Of a stretch of 64,000 bases of DNA, positions 40,517 through 53,346 are shown piece by piece (the first letter of the stretch is position 1; the number at the start of each line of letters is the position of its first letter). Origin of the DNA: Laetmonice hystrix (taxonomy: Eukaryota); NCBI GenBank assembly GCA_965235115.1, contig OZ249436.1:26042001-26106000 (forward strand), in the 5' to 3' direction. The notes beneath the pieces are model-generated. The model did no database searches, was not told the origin of the DNA, and worked only from the letters and a program-made list of their open reading frames with translations. A program made the translations under genes and the position numbers.

Positions 40517-43500
40517 TCATTTCTTGGTAGATAACAAACATGGCAAGAAATGCTCAAAATAAAAGGCATCAATATTTTCTTTCATATCTGCAAAGAAAGC
40601 TTCATCAACATTAATTTTTTCAATTATGAAATCTTCTTCACAGTAAACCATAAAGTCACACCAAGTGAATCCTGTAATGCCTAACTGTCCCATTATTTGG
40701 TAGTAGTACTCATGAGTGTGTTTTAATGTGTACTCCCCATTCTGTCTTTGCTTCAAATATTTACAATCTTTATAGGTGTTGTTCCCAGGACACTTTATCT
40801 CAAGAAGCCCCCACTTTTGGTCATCTGCAGCAGATGGATCATATACGAGACGATCAGGAGAGCATCCCAAATGACAAGCTGTGGGATTTATAACAAAGCC
40901 AATGCTGTACACATTCACTCCCTTGTTTCTGGCGTAAACTTCTGCAGCTGTAGGTTCAAGTTCTAGCCCTCTTCTCATCAAACTGGTTTGCACAGTTTTG
41001 CCTGTTATCAGTCTTTGAGCCAGAGATTTAAAGTCTCCACGTCTACAGCAAATCTGTTTGAATTTTGATGCAGTTAGACGTGACTCGCGAAGTTTTTTCC
41101 ACTCAGGGCAAGCACTTTGTGTACGGGTTGAAAGTTCGTAATCTGATGACTCGAGCAATGAGCATGAAAGCCCATCATACAATGACTGAAGTTCATCCGT
41201 GAGGGTAGACACATCGTAAATCATAGGAAGAACAGGTCTCGGGCAAGGTGGTCGACTGGGGGCATCAGCTACCATTAGTATACGGTCTCCTGGGGTGGTT
41301 ATCTGCTGCTGATGAGCAAGCGTAGAGCCAAATGGGACTGGACCAATCTCACTTGGAACAGCTACAGGCCAGTTATCCGGAAGTAGCTGCAAAATCTGGG
41401 GCTGTACAGCCTGTGTAGACATCATGCGCGATATTTTACCAGCAAAGTTCCTCGAGACGTCATAAATCGGTTCTCTGATAGGGTTATACAGCGTAGATGT
41501 AATTCCTGAGATAAAAAGAAAATATTAAAAGACTATGAACAATTTTTACAACATACAATGTTACAATTGCAACAATATTTATCCACTTGGGTAAAAAAAC
41601 AGAAATCAAGTTTCACATGTTTTTAGCCCCAACCCCCTCGGGTTGTGGGGTAACAAGAACTGTTAGAAGCTAGAGGATGTGGTTAACCAATATTCTGGGG
41701 CTCACCTGCGCTAGATAATACATGATAAAATTCAATGAAAATATGATGTAAAACTTATTTCATATTTAATTCTTGAAAGGTTCTTGAATTAACAAAAAAT
41801 TGTTAATCAAAACAGTTTAATCAAGTTAACCACAAAAAGGAATTTAAAATCAAATAATGCTTTAATTTATGTTTATTGTTTTGTATTTGAAAAACAATTC
41901 TCACCAGTGACAATTCTTTTCTTCTTGACTCTTGGTGCACTGCTTGAGGTAGGTGGCTTGACCTTAAGGACTGACATGTCTGATATTGGTACTGGCTTAA
42001 TTCCATGAGTTCTTGGGGGAATGTGCCATTGCTGTGGAGCCGATGTTTTTGATGTGATGGGGGGAACAACTTTCAGTCCTAGGTTTTGGTAGTGCACCAG
42101 TTGATAAAGAAGAGCAAGAGCGTGATTGCACACTCCTTTACCTGCAGTGCAGGAGCAGTGACATGTGATGTCCATATCATCAATGAAGTGTAGCTGAAAG
42201 CAAAAGAAGATTATTTAGTTCTTACTGTATGTGCATCAATATATTATCAATCATAACATCGTGCAAAATATGATAAATTCGTCTCTCACTAAAGTAAAGG
42301 GTTGAAGGCCTACATAGGTCTGTTTCTTTCATAAATGTAATGACTACACCTGTGATACCGATCTCAGGTTCCCGCTTCTGTCCCCCAGAGGATAATGCCA
42401 AGGCTGTGTTTAAAATCTGGTATTTTTTTATTATTTAAATACGGTATACAACAAATGTTATCTTACCTCATAAACAGATTAACACCTCATAGTCATAGGA
42501 ACTCCTTTCCTAAGGAAAAAGCAAAAACTTTAAAAAAACTGCAAGTTCAACATTCAGGAATTACTGAATTAGTAATATATATGCAAAACGCCAACGGTGA
42601 AAAAGAGTACTGTAACTAAAACAATAATAACACAATGTTAAAGACAAACTTGAAAAATTACCTGCAGGTCCTTTGGTGGGTCATTTTTTTTCATTGAGGG
42701 GTAACACTGTGCTCTTACCTCCACCTGACTGCCACTCTTTACTGCGCATAAAATGTAGAGAAATGTATTAGTTTTATTGCATACATTGTGTAGGCCCTAT
42801 AGTACAGTTATTCCTTTCTTAGCACATTATCATGTTATAATATCTAATTATCAAAAGACTTATATTATAATTTTTTTTTATTTCCCACTGGCCCTGTACT
42901 ATAGTATAGTATCGTATAGCTGACCCAAGACAAGTCTGTCAAAACTGACATAGGCTAGGGCCGACTTAGACAATGAAAATATTTGTTTATCATCAATTTA
43001 AGTTTATAGTCTACGAGTATGATCTGGATTGATAACTATGAATGATTATGAATGGGTTCTTATGAATGACATTACAACACCACATATATGCCTGGGCCAG
43101 ACTTGGTCTAGCCTAAGTTTGGTAGCCTAATTAAGTTCAGCCTTCAGGTGACTGTTGCAGGAGCCCGTTTCACTGACACCCTAAATTCCTAATCAAATGC
43201 CCTAATTTGTAAACGGTAACATCCCGACTTGTTGACACCATGCACTCAAAACAAGTCAACTGTCAAGTGTTTCACTTTCACTAAAAAAAATGTCTCTCCT
43301 TGGAATTCAATGGCAATGTTAGGCCTAATTGCAAGGATCGACATTTTTTTTGAAACGGTATGTCTCAATCAGAATCTTGGATGTCCCCACTAGGCCTACT
43401 TGACTTGTTGGGATGTCCTTGCTTGGTGAAACCTAAACTAAAGCAGGCAAAGCTGGCGTAGGCCCTACGGTCATTCCGACCATCCCCCGGGCCCGGCGGC

Positions 43501-43952
43501 GCAACACTGCCGCCAACGCAACAGTACGTCGAGCGGTAGCCTACTCTAGTCCTGGCCCCGGTCATGGCTAAACCTCTATGTCTACGAATAGGATTACCGA
43601 AAACAAATGTTGGAAAAAAAACCAGTTTAGGCATAATCTTATTCTAACTCACTTTTAAAAACTCACTGGCACATCCACTAGCACACTAACGTAGATCTAG
43701 TCGTGACAGAGTCGTGGACGTAGGGGTCAGTGATCGTAATCTACTTCAACAGTTCAAGCATTGCTTACCTTCTACGTTGTGAACATATGATCCAGAAAAA
43801 AACGCATCTATATAGCCTCTTGTCTGCAACTTCTTTGGCACCTTGGCCTTTTCGTTGGCCCATTTCTCAATGAAGGAATGGGACAACGGAGGAACTTTTG
43901 ACAAATTCCTTGTCCACACCGTCGGCACCGTCGCCTGCTTCGCCATTGACAT
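40517..43952 (-). CDS. SWIM-YqaJ exonuclease (E6), intact
   Basis: Identical ORF-track peptides and splice sites. Confidence 0.9.
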
Positions 43953-45092
43953 GTTGATCCCGCCCCAGTTTGTTTGCGTCATTAGCCTCGTTTTCGATTT
44001 TAATGGCCACTCCGTGATACACGACTCATATCACGCCGACGTCATTACGTAACCAAAACGAGGCCAATGACGCAAACAATACAAGGCCACTGTGCCACGT
44101 GACTGTGCTCAGCGGCGAAGATGGACGGTCGTCACGATCACTGCTGTGTCCCTCTCTGTAAAAGCGACTCGCGATACCACAGACACAGTGAAGTTAGCTT
44201 TCATGCCATCCCAAAAGATGAACAAAGGAGGCGTGCGTGGATTCATGCAATCAGGAGGGACCCTGGATCGAACTTTAAGGTGAATATTTAACCCGAAAAA
44301 AGTCGCAATATCAATCAATGTCAAGCCGACTGCTAGATGATAGATGTAGATTCTAGACCTTGCTTGTCTGGCCTAGCCTAGTTAAGTTGTAGTCTATACT
44401 GTTGAGTGTTGTAGCTAGCATGATTAAAGACTAGAGTATAGGATCGAGGGTATAGATCATGTAGAATTAAGTCTGGATTGACCACGACCTGCTCTGCTAG
44501 CGGGCCGCTGCTAGCACTGGCGCCAGGCCGAACCCCAGCGTCAGCGTGCTTTACGTTTAGTTCTGACATTTATTTACCTGTCTTGAGTGATTGTCATTGT
44601 GACTGTGAGTGTAACTGTCCGATCAGTCAAGTCGTTACCGAAACGAGTTGTAACTGAACCGATAGTGCAGTAGCCAAAACAAAATGGGGGTTAATTTTAT
44701 TCATGTCAAAATTCTTTCTGGTGTGGTAGGCTCTGCGCCGGGAAGGGGGGCGGGGGTGACGATCTTAGACTTTGGAGGTTCATGTCAACAATAAACAAAG
44801 CATGTGTAGACTAGTCTATGTCGGCCTCTATTCTTCAGTATCTAGATCTATATGCTAGGATTAGGAATAGGATTAGTTTTGATGGCAGTCTGTGACTTAT
44901 GGCATGATACAATTTTACAAGACAGTATAGTCAACAATATCAACATTTGCAACAAATCAAGTGTTACTGCCAGGCCTAAGTAGCCTACTGCTTCCCTTAT
45001 TGAATAAAAAACTTATTAGACCTACTTTATTATCCCATCCCCTATCCAGGGGATGGGATCTAGAAATTGTCTGGTTTCGGTTTCTGTATTAT

Positions 45093-47699
45093 TATCCCAT
45101 CCCCCCGATAGGGGGATGGGATCTTAAAATTGTATGGTTTCATCTTCCGTATTATTATTATTATTCCCGGTAGTAGTAGTAGTAGTAGTTGTAGTAGTTG
45201 CATTTGTGCATATATCTCAGTCATTGATAAAGATATCGAAAGGAAACTTGACAGGGACATTCATCATGGTAGGGAGAATCGACATATGTAATTATTACGT
45301 CATACGACGTCACGTCATGACGTCATGACGTATTTTGCATTTTATACTTATAAGCATTTGTTGAAGCAATAATCCATAGTTTCTCAAAACTTTTCATAGC
45401 CTAGTAATTGGGCATAGACCCTTTTTACTATTCTTCTTTATTTTGACCTTTGACCTTTGATGTCATGGGAAAGTAGGTCACATGTCCGAAACTGCTCAAA
45501 TCGTATCTCCTCTGCCATTTTTTTGCGAAAATATGATAATCTTTGGTAGCCAGGCCTTCTATAGTGAGCTTTGTTTGAAACCGCAGGGAATAAGCAATTT
45601 GACCTATTTTCGCTGTACCACGTGACTTTGAAGTTTTGTCACTTTTGACATTTTTTTCTCAAACTGCTTCAGTCATTTAGGAATCGTGTATTTGGTCATT
45701 AGATATGTGCTGCTATTGACGATTGATCACCTTGCATAATTCTTTTCATAAATTTACTAATAATTTTTCATTTATGATAAAATATGTGTAATCTGACTTT
45801 GACAGGCTCTACGTTAAAACATGTTTGAGATAGCCACATACAAATAGAACAATTACAAAGTCTATAGATTCAGGTATATCACTGACTGTTTAGTTCTTTT
45901 TTTGGAAAGGTAGTCTGGCCAGAATTCTAAGTTTTAATGGATAAGAATAATATGTTTACACTGACGGTTGGCATCTCTCAATACACAAACCACCCGCTGT
46001 GCATGGCCGGCCGCCTCTCCCTGCCCGGTGTTGGCAGCATTACGTAACTGCTGCTGATAAGGTCGGGCGGTGACTCCCAGTCAGGATGGGTTGACGTTGA
46101 TGGACCCTTGTGCTGGGAACAGACTTAATTGAATAGCTGGGCATTTGTATTTATATAAAACTGTAGGTATTACTGTCTAATATATTATATTCTTGTATCT
46201 TATATTGGAGGAGAGCGGAATAAAACAACACTGATGATATTAAGCCGTCTTCTTGAAGTTAAGAGAGAACAGTTTTTACTATTGTCCAGCTGCGCCCTAT
46301 ATTTCCCTCCCAGTGAGGGAGGGGTTGGAGGACTGTGATTGTGTATTCAGAATACACAAAGTGACAATTTGCCATAGGCCTAGAGCTAAACCCTTCCTAG
46401 TCGGGAAGTGAGCTAATGCTGAGATCACAGTGAGGTCACCTTTTCCTCACAGTTGTGAAGTCGCAATTATTATGATGTCAGTATGATCTCATGCGGTCAG
46501 AATGAGATATAATTCCGACATCACCCTGATATCACATAAATGTCAGCTGGTAAGATCACACATTGATCTCACAGCAATCCCATAATGATATCACTATGCG
46601 AGAACAAATAGTGAGATCTTTCTGATGTCAGAATGTTATAAAATTCCAACATCACCTTGATATCATGTAAATCTCAGCTGGTGAGGTCACACATTGGACT
46701 CACAGCAATCTCATAAAGACTTCACTATGTGAGAACAAATATTGAGATCTTTCTGATGTCAGAATGTTATAAAATTCCGACATCACCTTGACATCATGTA
46801 AATCTCAGCTGGTGGCGCTGTTATCATTGAGATTGACTAGACTGTCCGAAACACAATGGTTAGAACTGCCTAAGTTAGGATTTTTTCTAGAATGTCTCTG
46901 TGGGAACCCATGAAGGTGGTGCGACAACGTCATTTCAAAAATATATTGGTACTGTTATGTCAGAGAAATATCAAAATGATCTCACAGTGTTAGAAGAAGT
47001 TGAGATCATGGTTAGATCGCTATGAGATTGCTGTAAGATCGTATGCTTCTAAGGAAAGCCCAATATATTGGTACTGTATTATGTCAGAGAGATGTCAAAA
47101 TGATCTCACAGTGAGAGATCAAATGGTGAGATCACAGTGAGAATATAGCTGTAGGAAAGAAGAAATAGCTATAGGAAAGAAAAAATTGATTGTCAGGCGG
47201 TAGTCTTGCGCTAGCACTGAAGGGCCTGCCTGGTGCCGCCTGGCATGGGCACCTCCCTCTATATATCCCCACTCTTTCTTTTTGAAGAATTGACAAAAAT
47301 TATTGTTAGGCTAACTGCCCAGGATTTTCGGCAGAGGGGTCTCCAAAATCGAAATAAATATGAAAATCGATGTTGATAGATCACCAATATTATTGAAACA
47401 GCTATAACTCTGAAAGGGGGCCCGGTAGAGCTATGGTTACTATTGAAGCTATAATAGGAACATGTTCTTTCAAAAGATACCAAAATCTATTATGTAGGGT
47501 GACGTATTACGTGACAATGACGTCATTGATAGATTACCAATATTAATTATTGAGGTCATATAGGAAGTAATAATATATGCTCTTTCGATCTACGGGCCTA
47601 TTGATGACATGGAGGTAGTCTAACATGATAATGTATATATGATTTTCATTGCCAGGGGATGGGATACAAGATGTTGGCCCAAGCCACATCGGCGCTAGT
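45093..47699 (+). mobile_element. HINE-like element B (divergent relative, complete, no long satellite array)
   Basis: Head atcccatccccc-cgata-gggggatgggat, then (TAT)n and (GTA)n. Tail ggggatgggat..gatgttggc/gccacatc..CTAGT. Confidence 0.8.
46496..46815. repeat. 131-bp tandem repeat (~2.4 copies) inside element B
   Basis: gtcagaatg at 46496, 46627 and 46758. Confidence 0.85.
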
Positions 47700-47912
47700 T
47701 ATCCCATCCCCTATCCAGGGGATGGGATCTAGAAATTGTGTGGTTTCGGTTTCCGTATTATTATTATTATTATTATTATTATCCCATCCCCTATCCAGGG
47801 GATGGGATCTAGAAATTGTCTGGTTTCGGTTTCCGTATTATTATTATTATCCCATCCCCTATCCAGGGGATGGGATCTAGAAATTGTCTGGTTTCGGTTT
47901 CCGTATTATTAT
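47700..47912 (+). repeat. Three stacked HINE 5' heads (starts 47700, 47780, 47848), each followed by (TAT)n; a fourth of this type at 45031
   Basis: tatcccatcccctatccaggggatgggatctagaaattgt(c/g)tggtttcggtttccg repeated three times. Confidence 0.92.
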
Positions 47913-50898
47913 TCGCGTAGTAGTAGTAGTAGTAGTAGTAGTTGTTAACAATTGTTAACAGGGGTCATAACTCGGTCATTTTTCAAGATATCTAAGTCAA
48001 ACTTGGTGGGCATGTTGCCAGTCACCAACTCTGATGTGACAATGAGTCATGATGTCACATGACGTAACGTCATGACGTCATGACGTCATTCGTGTTGTGA
48101 CTATTAGGACGGTTTTCAAAGTCAATATGGATACTATCCAAAAACTGATGACACTGTCAGAATTGGGCAAGGTCCTGATAATTTTTTGCAAATATTTTGA
48201 CCTTTGACCTTTGACCTGTCTGAAATCAGGGTCAAAGGTCATAAAATGCTTAAATCCCTCTTTCTTCCTTAATTTTCATTAAAATTTTATGAAATTGCAC
48301 AGGAATGGTGTCTAATTAGAGTTCCAAAGGAATCCGCCTTTCTACAATTGTTTGACCTACATTCACTGAGTCACGCGACCTCAAAATTTTGAACAGTGGT
48401 CAATTTGGCTATCTATGGCTACAACTCATAAACGGTGCCGGTAAGGGCCATGGTTACTATTGAACACGAATAGGAAGTCATGCATGCTCTTTCATTTGAC
48501 GCCAAGTTTGATGACGTAGTGTGACGTATGACGTCATAATGACATCATCAATGTTTTCTAAGGCCTATAACTCCTAAACGATGGGAGATAAAGCCATGGT
48601 TACTATTGAACATGCATAGGAAGTCATACATGCTCCTTCAATTGACACCAATATTCATTAGGTAGCGTGACGTATGACGTCATAATGACGTAATTGGTAT
48701 CTTCTATGGCCTATAACTCGAAAACGGTGCAAGATAGGGTCATAGTTACCATTGAACATGAATAGGAAGTCATACAAGCTCTTTCCACTGACACCAAGTT
48801 TAAGGATGTAGCTTGACGTATGACGTCATAATGACGTCATCAATATTTTCTAAGGGCTGTAACTCCTAAACGGTGGGAGATAAAGGCATGGTTACTATTG
48901 AACATGAATAGGAAGTCATATGCACTTTCAAATGACACCATCATTTATTAGGTAGCGTGACATATGACGTCATAATGACGTCATTGGTGTCTTCCATGGC
49001 CTATAACTCGAGAACAGTGCAAGATAGAACCATAGTTACTATTGAAGACGAATAGGAAATCATGCATGCTCTTTCTATTGAGGCCAAGTTTGATGACGTA
49101 GGATGACGTATGACGTAATGACGTCATCAATATTTTCTAAGGCCTGTAACTCCTAAACGGTGGGAGATAAAGCCATGGTTACTATTGGACATGAATAGGA
49201 AGTCATACATGGTCTTTCAATTGACACCAACATTTATTAGGTAGCGTGACGTATGACGTCATAATGACGTCATTGGTATCTTCTATGGCCTATAAGTCGA
49301 AAACAGTGCAAGATAGGACCATAGTTACTATTGAACACGAATAGGAAGTCATACATGCTCTTTCAATTGAGGCCAAGTTTGATGACGTAGCGTGACGTAT
49401 GACGTCATAATGACGTCATCAATATTTTCTAGGGCCTTTACCTCCTAAACGGTGGGAGATAAACCCATGGTTACTATTGGACATGAGTAGGAAGTCATAC
49501 ATGCTCTTTCAATTGACACCTACATTTATTAGGTAGCGTGACGTATGACGTAATAATGACGTCAGGAGTCATATCTCGGTCGTTTTTCAAGATATCTAAG
49601 TCAAACTTGGTGGACATGTTGATAGTCACCAACTCTGATTTGACAATGAGTCATGACGTCACATGACCTAACGTCATGACGTACAATGACGTCATCAATA
49701 TTTTGTAGGGCCTATAACTCCTAAACGGTCGGAGATAAAGCCATGGTTACTATTGAACATAAATAGGAAGTCATACATGCTCTTTCAATTGACACCAACA
49801 TTTATTAGGTAGCGTGACGTATGACGTCATAATGACGTCATTGGTATCTTCTATGGCCTATAAGTCGAAAACAGTGCAAGATAGAACCATAGTTACTATT
49901 GAACACGAATAGGAAGTCATACATGATCTTTCAATTGAGGCCAAGTTTGATGACGTAGCGTGATGTATTACGTCATAATGACGTCATCTATATTTTCTAA
50001 GGCCTATAACTCCTAAACGGTGGGAGATAAACCCATGGTTACTATTGGACATGAGTAGGAAGTCATACATGCTCTTTCAATTGACACCTACATTTATTAG
50101 GTAGCGTGACGTATGACATAATAATGACGTCAGGAGTCATATCTCGGTCGTTTTTCAAGATATCTAAGTCAAACTTGGTGGACATGTTGATAGTCACCAA
50201 CTCTGTTTTGACAATGAGTCATGATGTCACATGACGTAACGTCATGACGTACAATGACGTCATCAATATTTTGTAGGGCCTATAATTCCTAAACGGTTGG
50301 AGATAAAGCCATGGTTACTATTGAACATGAATAGGAAGTCATACATGCTCTTTCAATTGACGCCAACATTTATTAGGTAGCGTGACGTATGATGTCATAA
50401 TGACGTCATTGGTATCTTCTATGGCCTATAAGTTGAAAACAGTGCAAGATAAGACCATAGTTACTATTGAACACGAATAGGAAGTCCTACATGTTCTTTC
50501 AATTGAGGCCAAGTTTGATGACGTAGCGTGACGTATGACGTCATAATGACGTCATCAGTATTTTCTAGGGCCTATAACTCTTAAACGGTGGGAGATAAAG
50601 CCACAGTTACTATTGAACACGAATAGGAAGTCATGCATGCTCTTTCAACTGAGGCCAAGATTAATGACGTAGCATGACGTATGACGTCATAGTGGCGTTA
50701 TCTATATTTTCTAAGGCCTAATAACTCCTAAACGGTGGGAGATAAAACCATGGTTACTACTGAACATGACTAGGAAATCATACATGCTCTTTCAATTGAC
50801 ACCAACATTTATAAACGTCATAATGACCTTACTAAGTCATAGGGACATGCCCCCCAAGGGATGGGATCCATCGTGGTTTTTACCACGACAGGTCTAGT
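47848..50898 (+). mobile_element. Innermost complete HINE (head + body 1)
   Basis: Head, (GTA)n, conserved ~480-bp block, 146-bp array, then ggggatgggat + tcgtggt/accacga hairpin + CTAGT. Confidence 0.82.
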
Positions 50899-53310
50899 TC
50901 GCGTAGTAGTAGTAGTAGTAGTTGTTAACAATTGTTAACAGGGGTCATAACTCGGTCATTTTTCAAGATATCTAAGTCAAACTTGGTGGGCATGTTGCCA
51001 GTCACCAACTCTGATGTGACAATGAGTCATGACGTCACATGACGTAACGTCCTGACGTCATGACGTCATTCGTGTTGTGACTATTAGGACGGTTTTCAAA
51101 GTCAATATGGATACTATCCAAAAACTGATGACACTGTCAGAATTGGGCAAGGTCCTGATAATTTTTTTGCAAATATTTTGACCTTTGACCTTTGACCTGT
51201 CTGAAATCAGGGTCAAAGGTCATAAAATGCTTAAATCCCTCTTTCTTCCTTAATTTTCATTAAAATTTTATGAAATTGCACAGGAATGGTGTCTAATTAG
51301 AGTTCCAAAGGAATCCGCCTTTCTACAATTGTTTGACCTACATTCGCTGAGTCACGTGACCTCAAAATTTTGAACAGTGGTCAATTTGGCTATCTATGGC
51401 TACAACTCATAAACGGTGCCGGTAAGGGCCATGGTTACTATTGAACACGAATAGGAAGTCATGCATGCTCTTTCATTTGACGCCAAGTTTGATGACGTAG
51501 TGTGACGTATGACGTCATAATGACATCATCAATGTTTTCTAAGGCCTATAACTCCTAAACGATGGGAGATAAAGCCATGGTTACTATTGAACATGCATAG
51601 GAAGTCATACATGCTCCTTCAATTGACACCAATATTCATTAGGTAGCGTGACGTATGACGTCATAATGACGTAATTGGTATCTTCTATGGCCTATAACTC
51701 GAAAACGGTGCAAGATAGGGTCATAGTTACCATTGAACATGAATAGGCAGTCATACAAGCTCTTTCCACTGACACCAAGTTTAAGGATGTAGCTTGACGT
51801 ATGACGTCATAATGACGTCATCAATATTTTCTAAGGACTGTAACTCCTAAACGGTGGGAGATAAAGGCATGGTTACTATTGAACATGAATAGGAAGTCAT
51901 ATGCACTTTCAAATGACACCATCATTTATTAGGTAGCGTGACATATGACGTCATAATGACGTCATTGGTGTCTTCCATGGCCTATAACTCGAGAACAGTG
52001 CAAGATAGAACCATAGTTACTATTAAAGACGAATAGGAAATCATGCAGGCTCTTTCTATTGAGGCCAAGTTTGATGACGTAGGATGAAGTATGACGTAAT
52101 GACGTCATCAATATTTTCTAAGGCCTGTAACTCCTAAACGGTGGGAGATAAAGCCATGGTTACTATTGAACATGAATAGGAAGTCATACATGGTCTTTCA
52201 ATTGACACCAACATTTATTAGGTAGCGTGACGTATGACGTCATAATGACGTCATTGGTATCTTCTATGGCCTATAAGTCGAAAACAGTGCAAGATAGGAC
52301 CATAGTTACTATTGAACACGAATAGGAAGTCATACATGCTCTTTCAATTGAGGCCAAGTTTGATGACGTAGCGTGACGTATGACGTCATAATGACGTCAT
52401 CAATATTTTCTAGGGCCTTTAACTCCTAAACGGTGGGAGATAAACCCATGGTTACTATTGGACATGAGTAGGAAGTCATACATGCTCTTTCAATTGACAC
52501 CTACATTTATTAGGTAGCGTGACGTATGACGTAATAATGACGCCAGGAGTCATATCTCGGTCGTTTTTCAAGATATCTAAGTCAAACTTGGTGGACATGT
52601 TGATAGTCACCAACTCTGTTTTGACAATGAGTCATGACGTCACATGACGTAACGTCATGACGTACAATGACGTCATCAATATTTTGTAGGGCCTATAATT
52701 CCTAAACGGTTGGAGATAAAGCCATGGTTACTATTGAACATAAATAGGAAGTCATACATGATCTTTCAATTGACGCCAACATTTATTAGGTAGCGTGACG
52801 TATGATGTCATAATAACGTCATTACTATCTTCTATGGCCTATAAGTCGAAAACAGTGCAAGATAGGACCATAGTTACTATTGAACACGAATAGGAAGTCC
52901 TACATGCTCTTTCAATTGAGGCCAAGTTTGATGACGTAGCGTGACGTATGACGTCATAATGACGTCATCAGTATTTTCTAGGGCCTATAACTCTTAAACG
53001 GTGGGAGATAAAGTCACAGTTACTATTGAGCACGAATAGGAAGTCATGCATGCTCTTTTAACTGAGGCCAAGTTTAATGACGTAGCATGACGTATGACGT
53101 CATAGTGGCGTTATCTATATTTTCTAAGGCCTATAACTCCTAAACGGTGGGAGATAAAGCCATGGTTACTACTGAACATGAATAGGAAATCATACATGCT
53201 CTTTCAATTGACACCAACATTTATAAACATCATAATGACCTTACTAAGTCATAGGGACATGCCCCCCAAGGGATGGGATCCATCGTGGTTTTCACCACGA
53301 CAGGTCTAGT
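50899..53310 (+). mobile_element. HINE body 2 (head displaced, probably 47780)
   Basis: Starts tcgcg(gta)n, near-identical to body 1, same 3' terminus. Confidence 0.8.
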
Positions 53311-53314
53311 TCGC

Positions 53315-53346
<32 letters not shown>

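Larger units (their letters stand above)
37059..44019 (+). mobile_element. ISL2EU-like transposon copy E6
   Basis: Near-identical; 19-bp deletion in the transposase. Confidence 0.88.

Noticed and set aside
1..44028. Array as a pure assembly artefact
   Set aside because: Copies carry distinct, position-clustered SNPs and indels. The exact copy number still needs read support.
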